DNA of 64,000 nucleotides from the human T2T-CHM13v2.0 reference genome, Homo sapiens: NCBI RefSeq assembly GCF_009914755.1, contig NC_060940.1; one strand, 5' to 3'. The notes beneath the pieces were generated by a model. The model saw nothing but the letters and a program-made list of their open reading frames with translations. It was not told where the DNA came from and did not search any database. Of the stretch, positions 15,301-28,117 are shown piece after piece (positions within the stretch are counted from its first letter, which is position 1; each line of letters starts with the position of its first letter). Both the position numbers and the translations under genes were made by a program.

Positions 15301-15777
15301 AAATCCATTCGATGATTCCACTCGATTCCATTCGATGACTCCATTTGATCCCATTCGATGATTTCCTTTGATTCCCTTTGATGATCATTCCATTTGATTC
15401 AATTCGGTGATTTCATTTGATTCCATTCAGTGATGTTTCCATTCGACTCCATTCGATGATGATTCCATTCGACTCCATTCGATTATGATTTCATTCAATT
15501 CCATTCGATAATGATTCCCTTCGAGTCCATTCGATGATTCCATTCGATTCCATTCAACGATGATTTGATTCGCGTCCATTCGATGATTCCATTTGATTCC
15601 ACTTGATGATGATTCCATTCGAGTCCATTTGATGATTCCATTCAATTCCATACTCCGATGATTTCTTTTGAGCCCACTCAATGCTTCCACTCGATTCCAT
15701 ATGATGATGACTCCATTCGATGAAATTCGATGATGATTCCATTCGCTTGCTTTCGATGATGATTCCACTTGAGTCCG
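12393..15777 (+). repeat. Unit 4, 3385-bp variant (3336 plus a 49-bp tandem duplication)
   Basis: Near-identical to unit 3. Junctions at 13235-13267 and 15229-15237. The 49-mer is duplicated at 13592-13689. Confidence 0.92.
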
Positions 15778-18700
15778 TTAGAAGATTCTATTCAATTACA
15801 TTCCATGACGATTCCGTTCGTGTCCATTTGATGATTCCATTAGACTCCATTCGACGATGATTCCATTCGATGTTATTCGATGATTCCATTCGATCTCATT
15901 CGTTGATGATTCCATTCAACTCCATTCGATGTTTCCATTCGAGTTCATTCTATTATTCCATTAGATTCCATTCGATGATGATTCCATTCGATTCCATTTG
16001 ATGATTGCATTCTATTTCATTTGATGATGATTCCATTCGAGTCCACTCGATGATTCCATTCGAGTCCATTTAATGAATCCATTGGTTTCAATTCTATGAT
16101 GATTACATTGGATTCCATTCGTTGATGATTTCATTCGGTTCCATTCAATGATGATTCTATTCAATTCCTTTCAATGTTTCCATTCAATTCCATACGATGA
16201 TGATTCCATTTGATTTGATTCGACAGTGAGCCATTCGATTCAATTCCATGATGTTTCTATTTGATTCAATTGGTTGACATTTCCATTCGATTCCATTCGA
16301 TGATGATTCCCTTTGATTCCATTCAAAGATGATTCCATTCTAGCCCATTCAATCATTCCATTCGATTCTATTCAATGATGATTCCATTCATGTCGATTTG
16401 GTGATTCCATTTGACTTCATTTGATGATGATTCCTTTCAAGTTCATTAGATGATTCCATTCGATTCCAATTGATGATGATCCCATTCGAGTCCATTCAGT
16501 GATTCCATTCGTTTCCATTCCATGATGATTCCATTCCATTCCATGCAATGATTCCATTCGATTCCGTTTGATGATGATTTCATTCGAGTCCATTTGATGA
16601 TTCCATTTGATTCCATTCGATGATGATTCCATTCGAGTCCATTCGATGATTCCATTCGATTGCATTCGATGATTCCATTATATTCCATTCAACGATGATT
16701 CCATTCGAGTCCATTCGATGATTCCATTAGAGTACATTTAATGATTGCTTTGTTTTCAATTCGAAGATGATTACATTCGATTCCATTCTATGGTACCATT
16801 CGATTCCATTCAATGATGACTCCACTCAAATCCATTGGATGATTCCATTCGTGTCCATTCGGTGATTTCATTAGATTCCATTCGAGGATGATTCCATTCG
16901 ATTCCATTCGATGATTCCATTCAATTCCATTCGATGATGATTCCATTCGAGTCCATATGATCATTCCATTTAATTTCATTCGATGATGATTCCATTCGAT
17001 TCCATTCGACGATTCCATTCTATTCCATTCGATGATGATTCCATTCGAGTCCATTCGATGATTCCATTCGAGTCCATTTAATGATTCCATTGGGTTCAAT
17101 TCAATGATGATTACATTGGATTCCGTTCTATGATTCCATTCAATTCCGTTCATTGACAATTTGATTCCATTCGATGATGATTCCATTTGAGTTCATTCGA
17201 TGATTCTATTCGATTCTCTTCGATGGTGATTCAATTCTATTATATTGGATGATTCCATTCGATTCCATTTGATGTTGATTCAATTCGATTCTATTCGATG
17301 ATGATTCCATTGGATTTCACTTGATGATTCTATTCGATTCCATTCAATGATGATTCACTTCTCGTCCATTGGATGATTCCATTTCATTCCATTCGATGAT
17401 GATTCCATTCGATTCCATTCGATGATTCCATTTGATTCCATGCGACGGTGAGCAATTCGATTCAATTCCATGATGATTCTATTTGATTCAATTAGATGAT
17501 GTTTCCATTCGAATCCATTCCATGATTATTCCATTGGAATCCATTCGGTGATGATTCCATATGAGTCAATTCAATGATGATTCCATATGGGTCCGTTCGA
17601 TGATAATTCCTTTTGATTTCATTCGATGCTTCTATTCAATTCCAGTTGATGATGATTCCGTTGGAGTCCATACGATGATTCCATTTGATTTCATTTCATG
17701 ATGATTCCATTCGATTCCATTCGATGATGATTACATTGGATTCCATTCTATGATTCCATTCAATTCCATTCGTTGATGATTCGATTCCCTTCAATGATGA
17801 TTCCACTTGAGTTCATTCGATTATTCTATTCGATTCCGTTCGATGGTGATTCAATTCTCTTATATTGGATGATTCCACTCGATTCCATTTGATGATTATT
17901 CCATTGGAGTCCACTTAGTGAATCCTTTAGATTCTACTCGAAGTTGATTCCATTCGAGTCCATTCGATGATACCATTCAATTCCATTCGTTGATGCTTCC
18001 ATTCAAGTGCATTCGATGATATCATTCGATTCCATTTGATGATAATTCCATTTGATTCCATGCGATGATTCTATTCGATTCCATTCAATGATAATTCCAT
18101 TCAATTCAGTGATTCCTCTGGACTCCATTTGATGATGATTCCATTCAATGATTCCATTCGATTCTATTCGAAAATGATTCCATTTGAATCCATTTGATGA
18201 TGATTCCATTAGATTCCATTAGATGATTCCATTCGATTCCATTCGCCGATGATTCCATTCGATTCCATTTGATGATTCCATTCTATTCTATTCGATGATG
18301 ATTCCATTCGATTCCATTCGATGATGATTGGATTCGATTCCATTTGATGACTTCATTTGATTCCATTCGTTAATGATTTCGATCAATTCCATTCGATGAT
18401 TCCATTCGATTCCATTCGATAATGATTACATCCGAGTCCATTCGATGATTCCATTTGAGCCCGTTCGATAATTCCATTTGAGTCCAATCAATGATTCCAT
18501 TCATTTCCATTCAATGATTCCATTCGAGTCCATTTGATCATTCCGGTACGGTCCATTCGATGTTGATTCCATTGGAGTGCATTCGATGATTCCATTCGAG
18601 TCCATTTTAGGATTTGATTCGAGTCCTTTCGATGATTCCACTCGACTCCACTCGATGATGATTTCATTCGAGTCCATTCGACACTTCCAATCGATTCCAT

Positions 18701-20666
18701 TTGATGTTTCCTTTCGAGTCCAATTGATGATTCCATTCAATTCCATTCGATGATGATTCCGTACGGTTCCATTCTGTGATGATTCCATGTGATTGCATTC
18801 AATGATGATTCCTTTCGATTGCATTCGATTATGATTCATTTCGTGTTCATTCTATGGTTCCACAGGTTTCCATTCGTGTCCATTCCATTATTCCATTCTA
18901 TTCCATTTGATGATGATTCCATTCGATTCCATTCATTGGTGATTCCACTCAATTCCATTCAATGATTCCATTCCATTTCTTTCAACAATGATTCCATTAC
19001 TTTCTAATCGATGATCCACTTGATTCCATTTGACGACGATTCCATTCTTGTCCATTCGATGATTCCATTTGATTCCATATGATGATGATTCCATTCGAGT
19101 CCATTCAATGGTGATTCCATTCAATTCCATTCGATGATTCCTTTCGATTCCATTCAATGATGATGGCATTCGATTCCTTTCAATCATTCCCTTTGATTCC
19201 ATTCAAAGGTGATTTCATTCAAGTCCATTCGATAATTGCATTCAATTCCATTCTATGATGATTCCATTCGAGTGCACTTGATGATTCCATTCAATTCAAG
19301 TCAATGATGATTCCATTCGATTCCATTCGATGATTCCATTTGATTCCATTCGATGATGATTCCATTCAAATCCATTCGATAATTCAATTCAAGTCCATTC
19401 GATGATGATTCCAATCGAATCTATTCAAAGATTCCATTCAGTTCCATTCGATGATTCCCTTAGATTCCATTCGATGATTCCACTTGATTCCATTTACGAT
19501 GATTCCTTTCGATTCCATGTGATGATTCCATTCAATTCTATTCAATGATGTCTCCATTTGATTCCATTCGACCATGATTGCCTTTGATTCCATTCAATGA
19601 TTCCATTCGTTTCCTTTTGATGATGATTCCATTCGATTCCATTTGATGATTCCATTTGATTCCATTGGATGAGCCCATTCGATTACATTCGATGATTATT
19701 CCATTCGAGAGCATTAGATGATTCCGTTCGATTCCATTCGATGGTTCCATTGGATTCCATTCGATGTTGATTCCATTCAAATCCATTCATTAATTCAATT
19801 CAACTCCATTCGATGATGATTCCAATCGAATCCATTCAAAGATTCCATTCAGTTCCATTCGATGATTCCCTTAGATTCCATTCGATGATTCCACTTGATT
19901 CCATTTACGATGATTTCATTCGATTCCATGTGATGATTCCATTCAATTCTATACAATGATGTCTCCATTTGATTCCATTCAACCATGATTGCCTTTGATT
20001 CCATTCAATGATTCCATTCGTTTCCTTTTGATGATGATTCCGTTCGATTCCATTTGATGATTCCATTTGATTCCATTGGATGAGTCCATTCGATTACATT
20101 CGATGATTATTCCATTCGAGTGCATTAGATGATTCCATTCGAGTCCATTCGATGATTCCATTCGATTCCATTCGATGTTGATTCTGTTCAAATCCATTCG
20201 ATGATTCCACTCGATTCCATTCGATGACTCCATTTGATCCCATTCGATGATTTCCTGTGATTCCCTTTGATGATCATTCCATTTGATTCAATTCGGTGAT
20301 TTCGTTTGATTCCATTCAGTGATGTTTCCATTCGACTCCATTCGATGATGATTCCATTCGACTCCATTCGATTATGATTTCATTCAATTCCATTCGATAA
20401 TGATTCCCTTCGAGTCCATTCGATGATTCCATTCGATTCCATTCAACGATGATTTGATTCGTGTCCATTCGATGATTCCATTTGATTCCACTTGATGATG
20501 ATTCCATTCGAGTCCATTTGATGATTCCATTCAATTCCATTCTCCGATGATTTCTTTTGAGCCCACTCAATGCTTCCACTCGATTCCATATGATGATGAC
20601 TCCATTCGATGAAATTCGATGATGATTCCATTCGCTTGCTTTCGATGATGATTCCACTTGAGTCCG
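15778..20666 (+). repeat. Unit 5, 4889-bp variant (6112-1618+10-26+411)
   Basis: 1618-bp junction at 16620-16652. 26-bp deletion at ~19090. The AATTCAATTCAA...CCAATCGAATC landmark occurs at both 19381 and 19792, 411 bp apart. Confidence 0.88.
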
Positions 20667-23600
20667 TTAGAAGATTCTATTCAATTACATTCCATAACGA
20701 TTCCGTTCGATTCCATTTGATGATTCCATTAGACTCCATTCGACGATGATTCCATTCGATGTTATTCGATGATTCCATTCGATCTCATTCGTTGATGATT
20801 CCATTCAACTCCATTCGATGTTTCCATTCGAGTTCATTCTATTATTCCATTAGATTCCATTCGATGATGATTCCATTCGATTCCATTTGATGATTGCATT
20901 CTATTTCATTTGATGATGATTCCATTCGAGTCCATTCGATGATGCCATTCGAGTCCATTTAATGAATCCATTGGTTTCAATTCTATGATGATTACATTGG
21001 ATTCCATTCGTTGATGATTTCATTCGGTTCCATTCAATGATGATTCTATTCAATTCCTTTCAATGTTTCCATTCAATTCCATACGATGATGATTCCATTT
21101 CATTTGATTCGACAGTGAGCCATTCGATTCAATTCCATGATGATTCTATTTGATTCAATTGGTTGACATTTCCATTCGATTCCATTCGATGATGATTCCC
21201 TTTGATTCCATTCAAAGATGATTCCATTCTGGCCCATTCAATCATTCCATTCGATTCTATACAATGATGATTCCATTCATGTCGATTTGGTGATTCCATT
21301 TGACTTCATTTGATGATGATTCCTTTCAAGTTCATTAGATGATTCCATTCGATTCCATTTGATGATGATCCCATTCGAGTCCATTCAGTGATTCCATTCG
21401 TTTCCATTCCATGATGATTCCATTCCATTCCATTCAATGATTCCATTCGATTCCGTTTGATGATGATTTCATTCGAGTCCATTTGATGATTCCATTTGAT
21501 TCCATTCGATGATGATTCCATTCGAGTCCATTCGATGATTCTATTCGAATCCATTTGATGATTTCTTTTGATTATATTTGGTGACGATTCCATTGGAGTC
21601 CATTCAATGATTCCATTCGATTCCAATTGATGATGATTCCATTAGAGTCCATTTAATGATTCCATTTGATTCCAGTCTCTGATGATTACATTCGAGTCCA
21701 TACGATGATTCCACTCAATTCCATATGATGATGATTCCATTCGATTCCATTCGATGATTCCATTCTATTCTATTCAATGGTGATTCCATTCGAGTACATT
21801 AGATGATTCCATTCGATTCCATTCAATGATGATTCTATTTGTGTCCCTTAGATGATTCCACATGATTCCATTAGATGATGATACTATTTGAACCCATCCA
21901 ATGATTCCCTTCGATTCCATTCGATGAGGATTCCATTCGATTCAATTCATTGGTGATTCTATTCAATTCAATTCTTTGATTCCATTCCATTCCATTCGAC
22001 AATGATTCCATTCGATTTCTTTCGATGATTCCACTCCATTCCACTTGACATTGATTCCATTCGATTCCATTCAATGATTCCATTTGATTCCAGTGGATGA
22101 TGATTGCCATCGATTCCATTCGATCACTCCATTCTATTCCATTTGATGATGATTACATTCGATTCCATTTGATGATTCCATTCGAGTCCATTTAATCATT
22201 ACAGTCGAGTCCATTTGGTGATTCCACTGGATTTCTTTTGATAATGATACCATTCAATTACATTTGATGAAGATCCCATTCAATTTCATTTGATGATGAT
22301 TCCATTAGAGTCCATTCGATGATTTCATTCGAGTCCCTTCATTGATTCCATCCGATTTCATTGGATGAGGACTCCATTCGAGTCCATTCGATGATTCCAC
22401 TCGATTCCATTAGATGATTCCATTGGAGTCCATTTGATTGTTCCATTCGATTCCATTCGATTCCTTTCGAAGATTACTCCTTTTGAGTTCATTCGATGAT
22501 GATTCCATTCCATTCCATTCGATGATTCCGTTTGATTCCATTCGATGATTCCCTTCGATTCCTTTCTTTGATGATTCCATTCCATTCCATTCAATGATTC
22601 CATTCGAATCTATTCCATGATGATTCCTTTCGATTCCGTTCGCTGATGTTTCCATTCAATTCCATTCGATGATGATTCCATTCGATTCCATTCATTGAGG
22701 ATTCCATTTGATTCCATTCAATGATGATTCCATTCTATTCCATTCAATGATTGCATTCAATTCCATTCAATGATTATCCCATTAGAGTAAACTCAACGAT
22801 TCCATTCAATACCATTCGATGATGATTCCTTTTGAGTCCATTCAATGATTTCATTCAAGTCCATTTGATGATTCCTTTCAATTCCATTCTATGATGATTC
22901 CATTCGAGTCCATTCGATGATTCCATTCGATTGCATTCGATGATTCCATTATATTCCATTCAACGATGATTCCATTCGAGTCCATTCGATGATTCCATTA
23001 GAGTACGTTTAATGATTGCTTTGTTTTCAATTCGAAGATGATTACATTGGATTCCATTCTATGATACCATTCGATTCCATTCAATGATGATTCCACTCAA
23101 ATCCATTGGATGATTCCATTCGTGTCCATTCGGTGATTTCCTTAGATTCCATTCGAGGATTATTCCATTCGTTTCCATTCGATGATGATTCCATTCGAGT
23201 CCATATGATGATTCCATTTGATTTCATTCGATGATGATTCCATTCGATTCCATTCGATGATGATTCCATTCGATTCCATTCGATGATTCCATTCTATTCC
23301 ATTCGATGATGATTCCATTCGAGTCCATTCGATCATTCCATTCGAGTCCATTTAATGATTCCATTGGGTTCAATTCAATGATGATTACATTGGATTCCGT
23401 TCTATGATTCCATTCAATTCCGTTCATTGACAATTTGATTCCATTCGATAATGATTCCATTTGAGTTCATTCGATGATTCTATTCGATTCTCTTCGATGG
23501 TGATTCAATTCTATTATATTGGATGATTCCATTCGATTCCATTTGATGTTGATTCAATTCGAATCTGTTCGATGATGATTCCATTGGATTTCTCTTGATG

Positions 23601-26600
23601 ATTCTATTCGATTCCATTCAATGATGATTCACTTCTCGTCCATTGGATGATTCCATTTCATTCCATTCGATGATGATTCCATTCGATTCCATTCGATGAT
23701 TCCATTTGATTCCATGCGACGGTGAGCAATTCGATTCAATTCCATGATGATTCTATTTGATTCAATTAGATGATGTTTCCATTCGAATCCATTCCATGAT
23801 TATTCCATTGGAATCCATTCGGCGATGATTCCATATGAATCTATTCAATGATGATTCCATATGGGTCCGTTCGATGATAATTCCATTTGATTTCATTCGA
23901 TGTTTCTATTCAATTCCAGTCGATGATGGTTCCGTTGGAGTCCATACGATGATTCCATTTCATTTCATTTGATGATGATTCCATTCGATTCCATTCGATG
24001 ATGATTACATTGGATTCCATTCGATGATGATTCCATTCGATTCCATTCGATTCCTTTCGAAGATTATTCCATTTGAGTCCAATCGATGATGATTCCATTC
24101 CATTCCATTCGATGATTCCGTTTGATTCCATTCGATGATTCCCTTCGATTCCTTTCTTTGATGACTGCATTCCATTCCAATCAATGTTTCCATTCGAATC
24201 TATTCCATGATGATTCCTTTCGATTCCATTCGCTGATGTTTCCGTTCAATTCCATTCGATGATGATTCGTTTCGATTCCATTCATTGAGGATTCCATTTG
24301 ATTCCATTCAATGATGATTCCATTCTATTCCATTCAATGATTGCATTCAATTCCATTCAATGATTATCCCATTAGAGTAAACTCAACGATTCCATTCAAT
24401 ACCATTCGATGATGATTCCTTTTGAGTCCATTCAATGATTTCATTCAAGTCCATTTGATGATTCCTTTCAATTCCATTCTATGATGATTCCATTCGAGTC
24501 CATTCGATGATTCCATTCGATTACATTCCACGATTCCATTATATTCCATTCAACGATGATTCCATTCGAGTCCATTCGATGATTCCATTACAGTAAATTT
24601 AATGATTGCTTTGTTTTCAATTCGAAGATGATTACATTGGATTCCATTCTATGATACCATTCGATTCCATTCAATGATGATTCCACTCAAATCCATTGGA
24701 TGATTCCATTCGTGTCCATTCGGTGATTTCATTAGATTCCATTCGAGGATGATTCCTTTCGATTCCATTCGATGATTCCATTCAATTCCATTCGAAGGTG
24801 ATTCCATTCCAGTCCATATGATCATTCCATTTGATTTCATTCGATGATGATTCCATTCGATTCCATTCGATGATTCCATTCTATTCCATTCGATGATGAT
24901 TCCATTCGAGTCCATTTAATGAATCCATTGGGTTCAATTCAATGATGATTACATTGGATTCCGTTCTATGATTCCATTCAATTCCGTTCATTGACAATTT
25001 GATTCCATTCGATGATGATTCCATTTGAGTTCATTCGATGATTCTATTCGATTCTCTTCGATGGTGATTCAATTCTATTATATTGGATGATTCCATTCGA
25101 TTCCATTTGATGTTGATTCAATTCGATTCTATTCGATGATGATTCCATTGGATTTCCCTTGATGATTCTATTCGATTCCATTCAATGATGATTCACTTCT
25201 CGTCCATTGGATGATTCCATTTCATTCCATTCGATGATGATTACATTCGATTCCATTCGATGATTCCATTTGATTCCATGCGACGGTGAGCAATTCGATT
25301 CAATTCCATGATGATTCTATTTGATTCAATTAGATGATGTTTCCATTCGAATCCATTCCATGATTATTCCATTGGAATCCATTCGGCGATGATTCCATAT
25401 GAGTCAATTCAATGATGATTCCATATGGGTCCGTTCGATGATAATTGCATTTGATTTCATTCGATGCTTCTATTCAATTCCAGTTGATGATGATTCCGTT
25501 GGAGTCCATACGATGATTCCCTTTTATTTCATTTGATGATGATTCCATTCGATTCCATTCGATGATGATTACATTGGATTCCATTCTATGATTCCATTCA
25601 ATTCCATTCGTTGATGATTCGATTCCCTTCAATGATGATTCCACTTGAGTTCATTCGATGGTTCTATTCGATTCCGTTCGATGGTGATTCAATTCTCTTA
25701 TATTGGATGATTCCACTCGATTCCATTTGATGATTATTCCATTGGAGTCCACTTAGTGAATCCTTTAGATTCTACTTGAAGATGATTCCATTCGAGTCCA
25801 TTCGATGATACCATTCAATTCCATTCGTTGATGCTTCCATTCAAGTGCATTCGATGATATCATTCGATTCCATTTGATGATAATTCCATTTGATTCCATG
25901 CGATGATTCTATTCGATTCCATTCAATGATAATTCCATTCAATTCAGTGATTCCTCTGGACTCCATTTGATGATGATTCCATTCAATGATTCCATTCGAT
26001 TCTATTCGAAAATGATTCCATTTGAATCCATTTGATGATGATTCCATTAGATTCCATTTGATGATTCCATTCGATTCCATTCGACGATGATTCCATTCGA
26101 TTCCGTTTGATGATTCCATTCTATTCTATTCGATGATGATTCCATTCGATTCCATTTGATGATGATTGGATTCGATTCCATTTGATGACTTCATTTGATT
26201 CCATTCGTTAATGATTTCGATCAATTCCATTCGATGATTCCATTCGATTCCATTCGATAATGATTACATCCGAGTCCATTCGATGATTCCCTTTGAGCCT
26301 GTTCGATAATTCCATTTGAGTCCAATCAATGATTCCATTCATTTCCATTCAATGATTCCATTCGAGTGCATTTGATCATCTGGTAGGGTCCATTCGATGT
26401 TGATTCCATTGGAGTGCATTCGATGATTCCATTCGAGTCCATTTTAGGATTTGATTCGAGTCCTTTCGATGATTCCATTCGATTCCACTCGATGATGATT
26501 TCATTCGAGTCCATTCGACACTTCCAATCGATTCCATTCGATGATTCCATTCGAGTCCAATTGATGATTCCATTCAATTCCATTCGATGATGATTCCGTA

Positions 26601-28117
26601 CGGTTCCATTCTGTGATGATTCCATGTGATTGCATTCAATGATGATTCCTTTCGATTGCATTCGATTATGATTCATTTCGTGTTCATTCTATGGTTCCAC
26701 AGGTTTCCATTCGAGTCCATTCCATTATTCCATTCTATTCCATTTGATCATGATTCCATTCGATTCCATTCATTGGTGATTCCACTCAATTCCATTCAAT
26801 GATTCCATTCCATTACTTTCAACAATGATTCCATTACTTTCTAATCGATGATCCACTTGATTCCATTTGACGACGATTCCATTCTTGTCCATTCGATGAT
26901 TCCATTTGATTCCATATGATGATGATTCCATTCGATTCCATACGATGATGATTCCATTCGAGTCCATTCAATGGTGATTCCATTCAATTCCATTCGATGA
27001 TTCCTTTCGATTCCATTCGATGATGATGGCATTCGATTCCTTTCAATCATTCCCTTTGATTCCATTCAAAGGTGATTTCATTCAAGTCCATTGGATAATT
27101 GCATTCGATTCCATTCTATGATGATTCCATTCGAGTCCATTTGATGATTCCATTCAATTCAAGTCAATGATGATTCCATTCGATTCCATTCGATGATTCC
27201 ATTGGATTCCATTCGATGATAATTCCATTCAAATCCTTTCGATAATTCAATTCAAGTCCATTCGATGATGATTCCAATCGAATCCATTCAAAGATTCCAT
27301 TCAGTTCCATTCGATGATTCCCTTAGATTCCATTCGATGATTCCACTTGATTCCATTTACGATGATTCCATTCGATTCCATGTGATGATTCCATTCAATT
27401 CTATTCAATGATGTTTCCATTTGATTCCATTCGACCATGATTGCCTTTGATTCCATTCAATGATTCCATTCGGTTCCTTTTGATGATGATTCCGTTCGAT
27501 TCCATTTGATGATTCCATTTGATTCCATTGGATGAGTCCATTCGATTACATTCGATGATAATTCCATTCGAGTGCATTAGATGATTCCATTCGAGTTCAT
27601 TCGACGATTCCATTCGATTCCATTCGATGTTGATTCTGTTCAAATCCATTCGATGATTCCACTCGATTCCATTCGATGACTCCATTTGATCCCATTCGAT
27701 GATTTCCTGTGATTCCCTTTGATGATCATTCCATTTGATTCAATTCGGTGATTTCATTTGATTCCATTCAGTGATGTTTCCATTCGACTCCATTCGATGA
27801 TGATTCCATTCGACTCCATTCGATTATGATTTCATTCAATTCATTCGATAATGATTCCCTTCGAGTCCATTCGATGATTCCATTCGATTCCATTCAACGA
27901 TGATTTGATTCGTGTCCATTTGATGATTCCATTTGATTCCACTTGATGATGATTCAATTCCAGTCCATTTGATGATTCCATTCAATTCCATTCTCCGATG
28001 ATTTCTTTTGAGCCCATTCAATGCTTCCACTCGATTCCATATGATGATGACTCCATTCGATGAAATTCGATGATGATTCCATTCGCTTCCTTTCGATGAT
28101 GATTCCACTTGAGTCCG
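20667..28117 (+). repeat. Unit 6, 7451-bp variant (6112-236+1590-23+10-1-1)
   Basis: 236-bp deletion junction at ~22156-22181. TTCCTTTCGAAGATTA occurs at both 22461 and 24051, 1590 bp apart. 23-bp deletion at ~24905. 1-bp deletions at ~26379 and ~27841. Confidence 0.87.

Noticed and set aside
22441-24030. Idea that the 1590-bp duplication is the reciprocal product of the 1618-bp deletion
   Set aside because: The sizes are similar but the intervals differ. The deletion covers unit offsets ~842-2460 and the duplication ~2005-3580.
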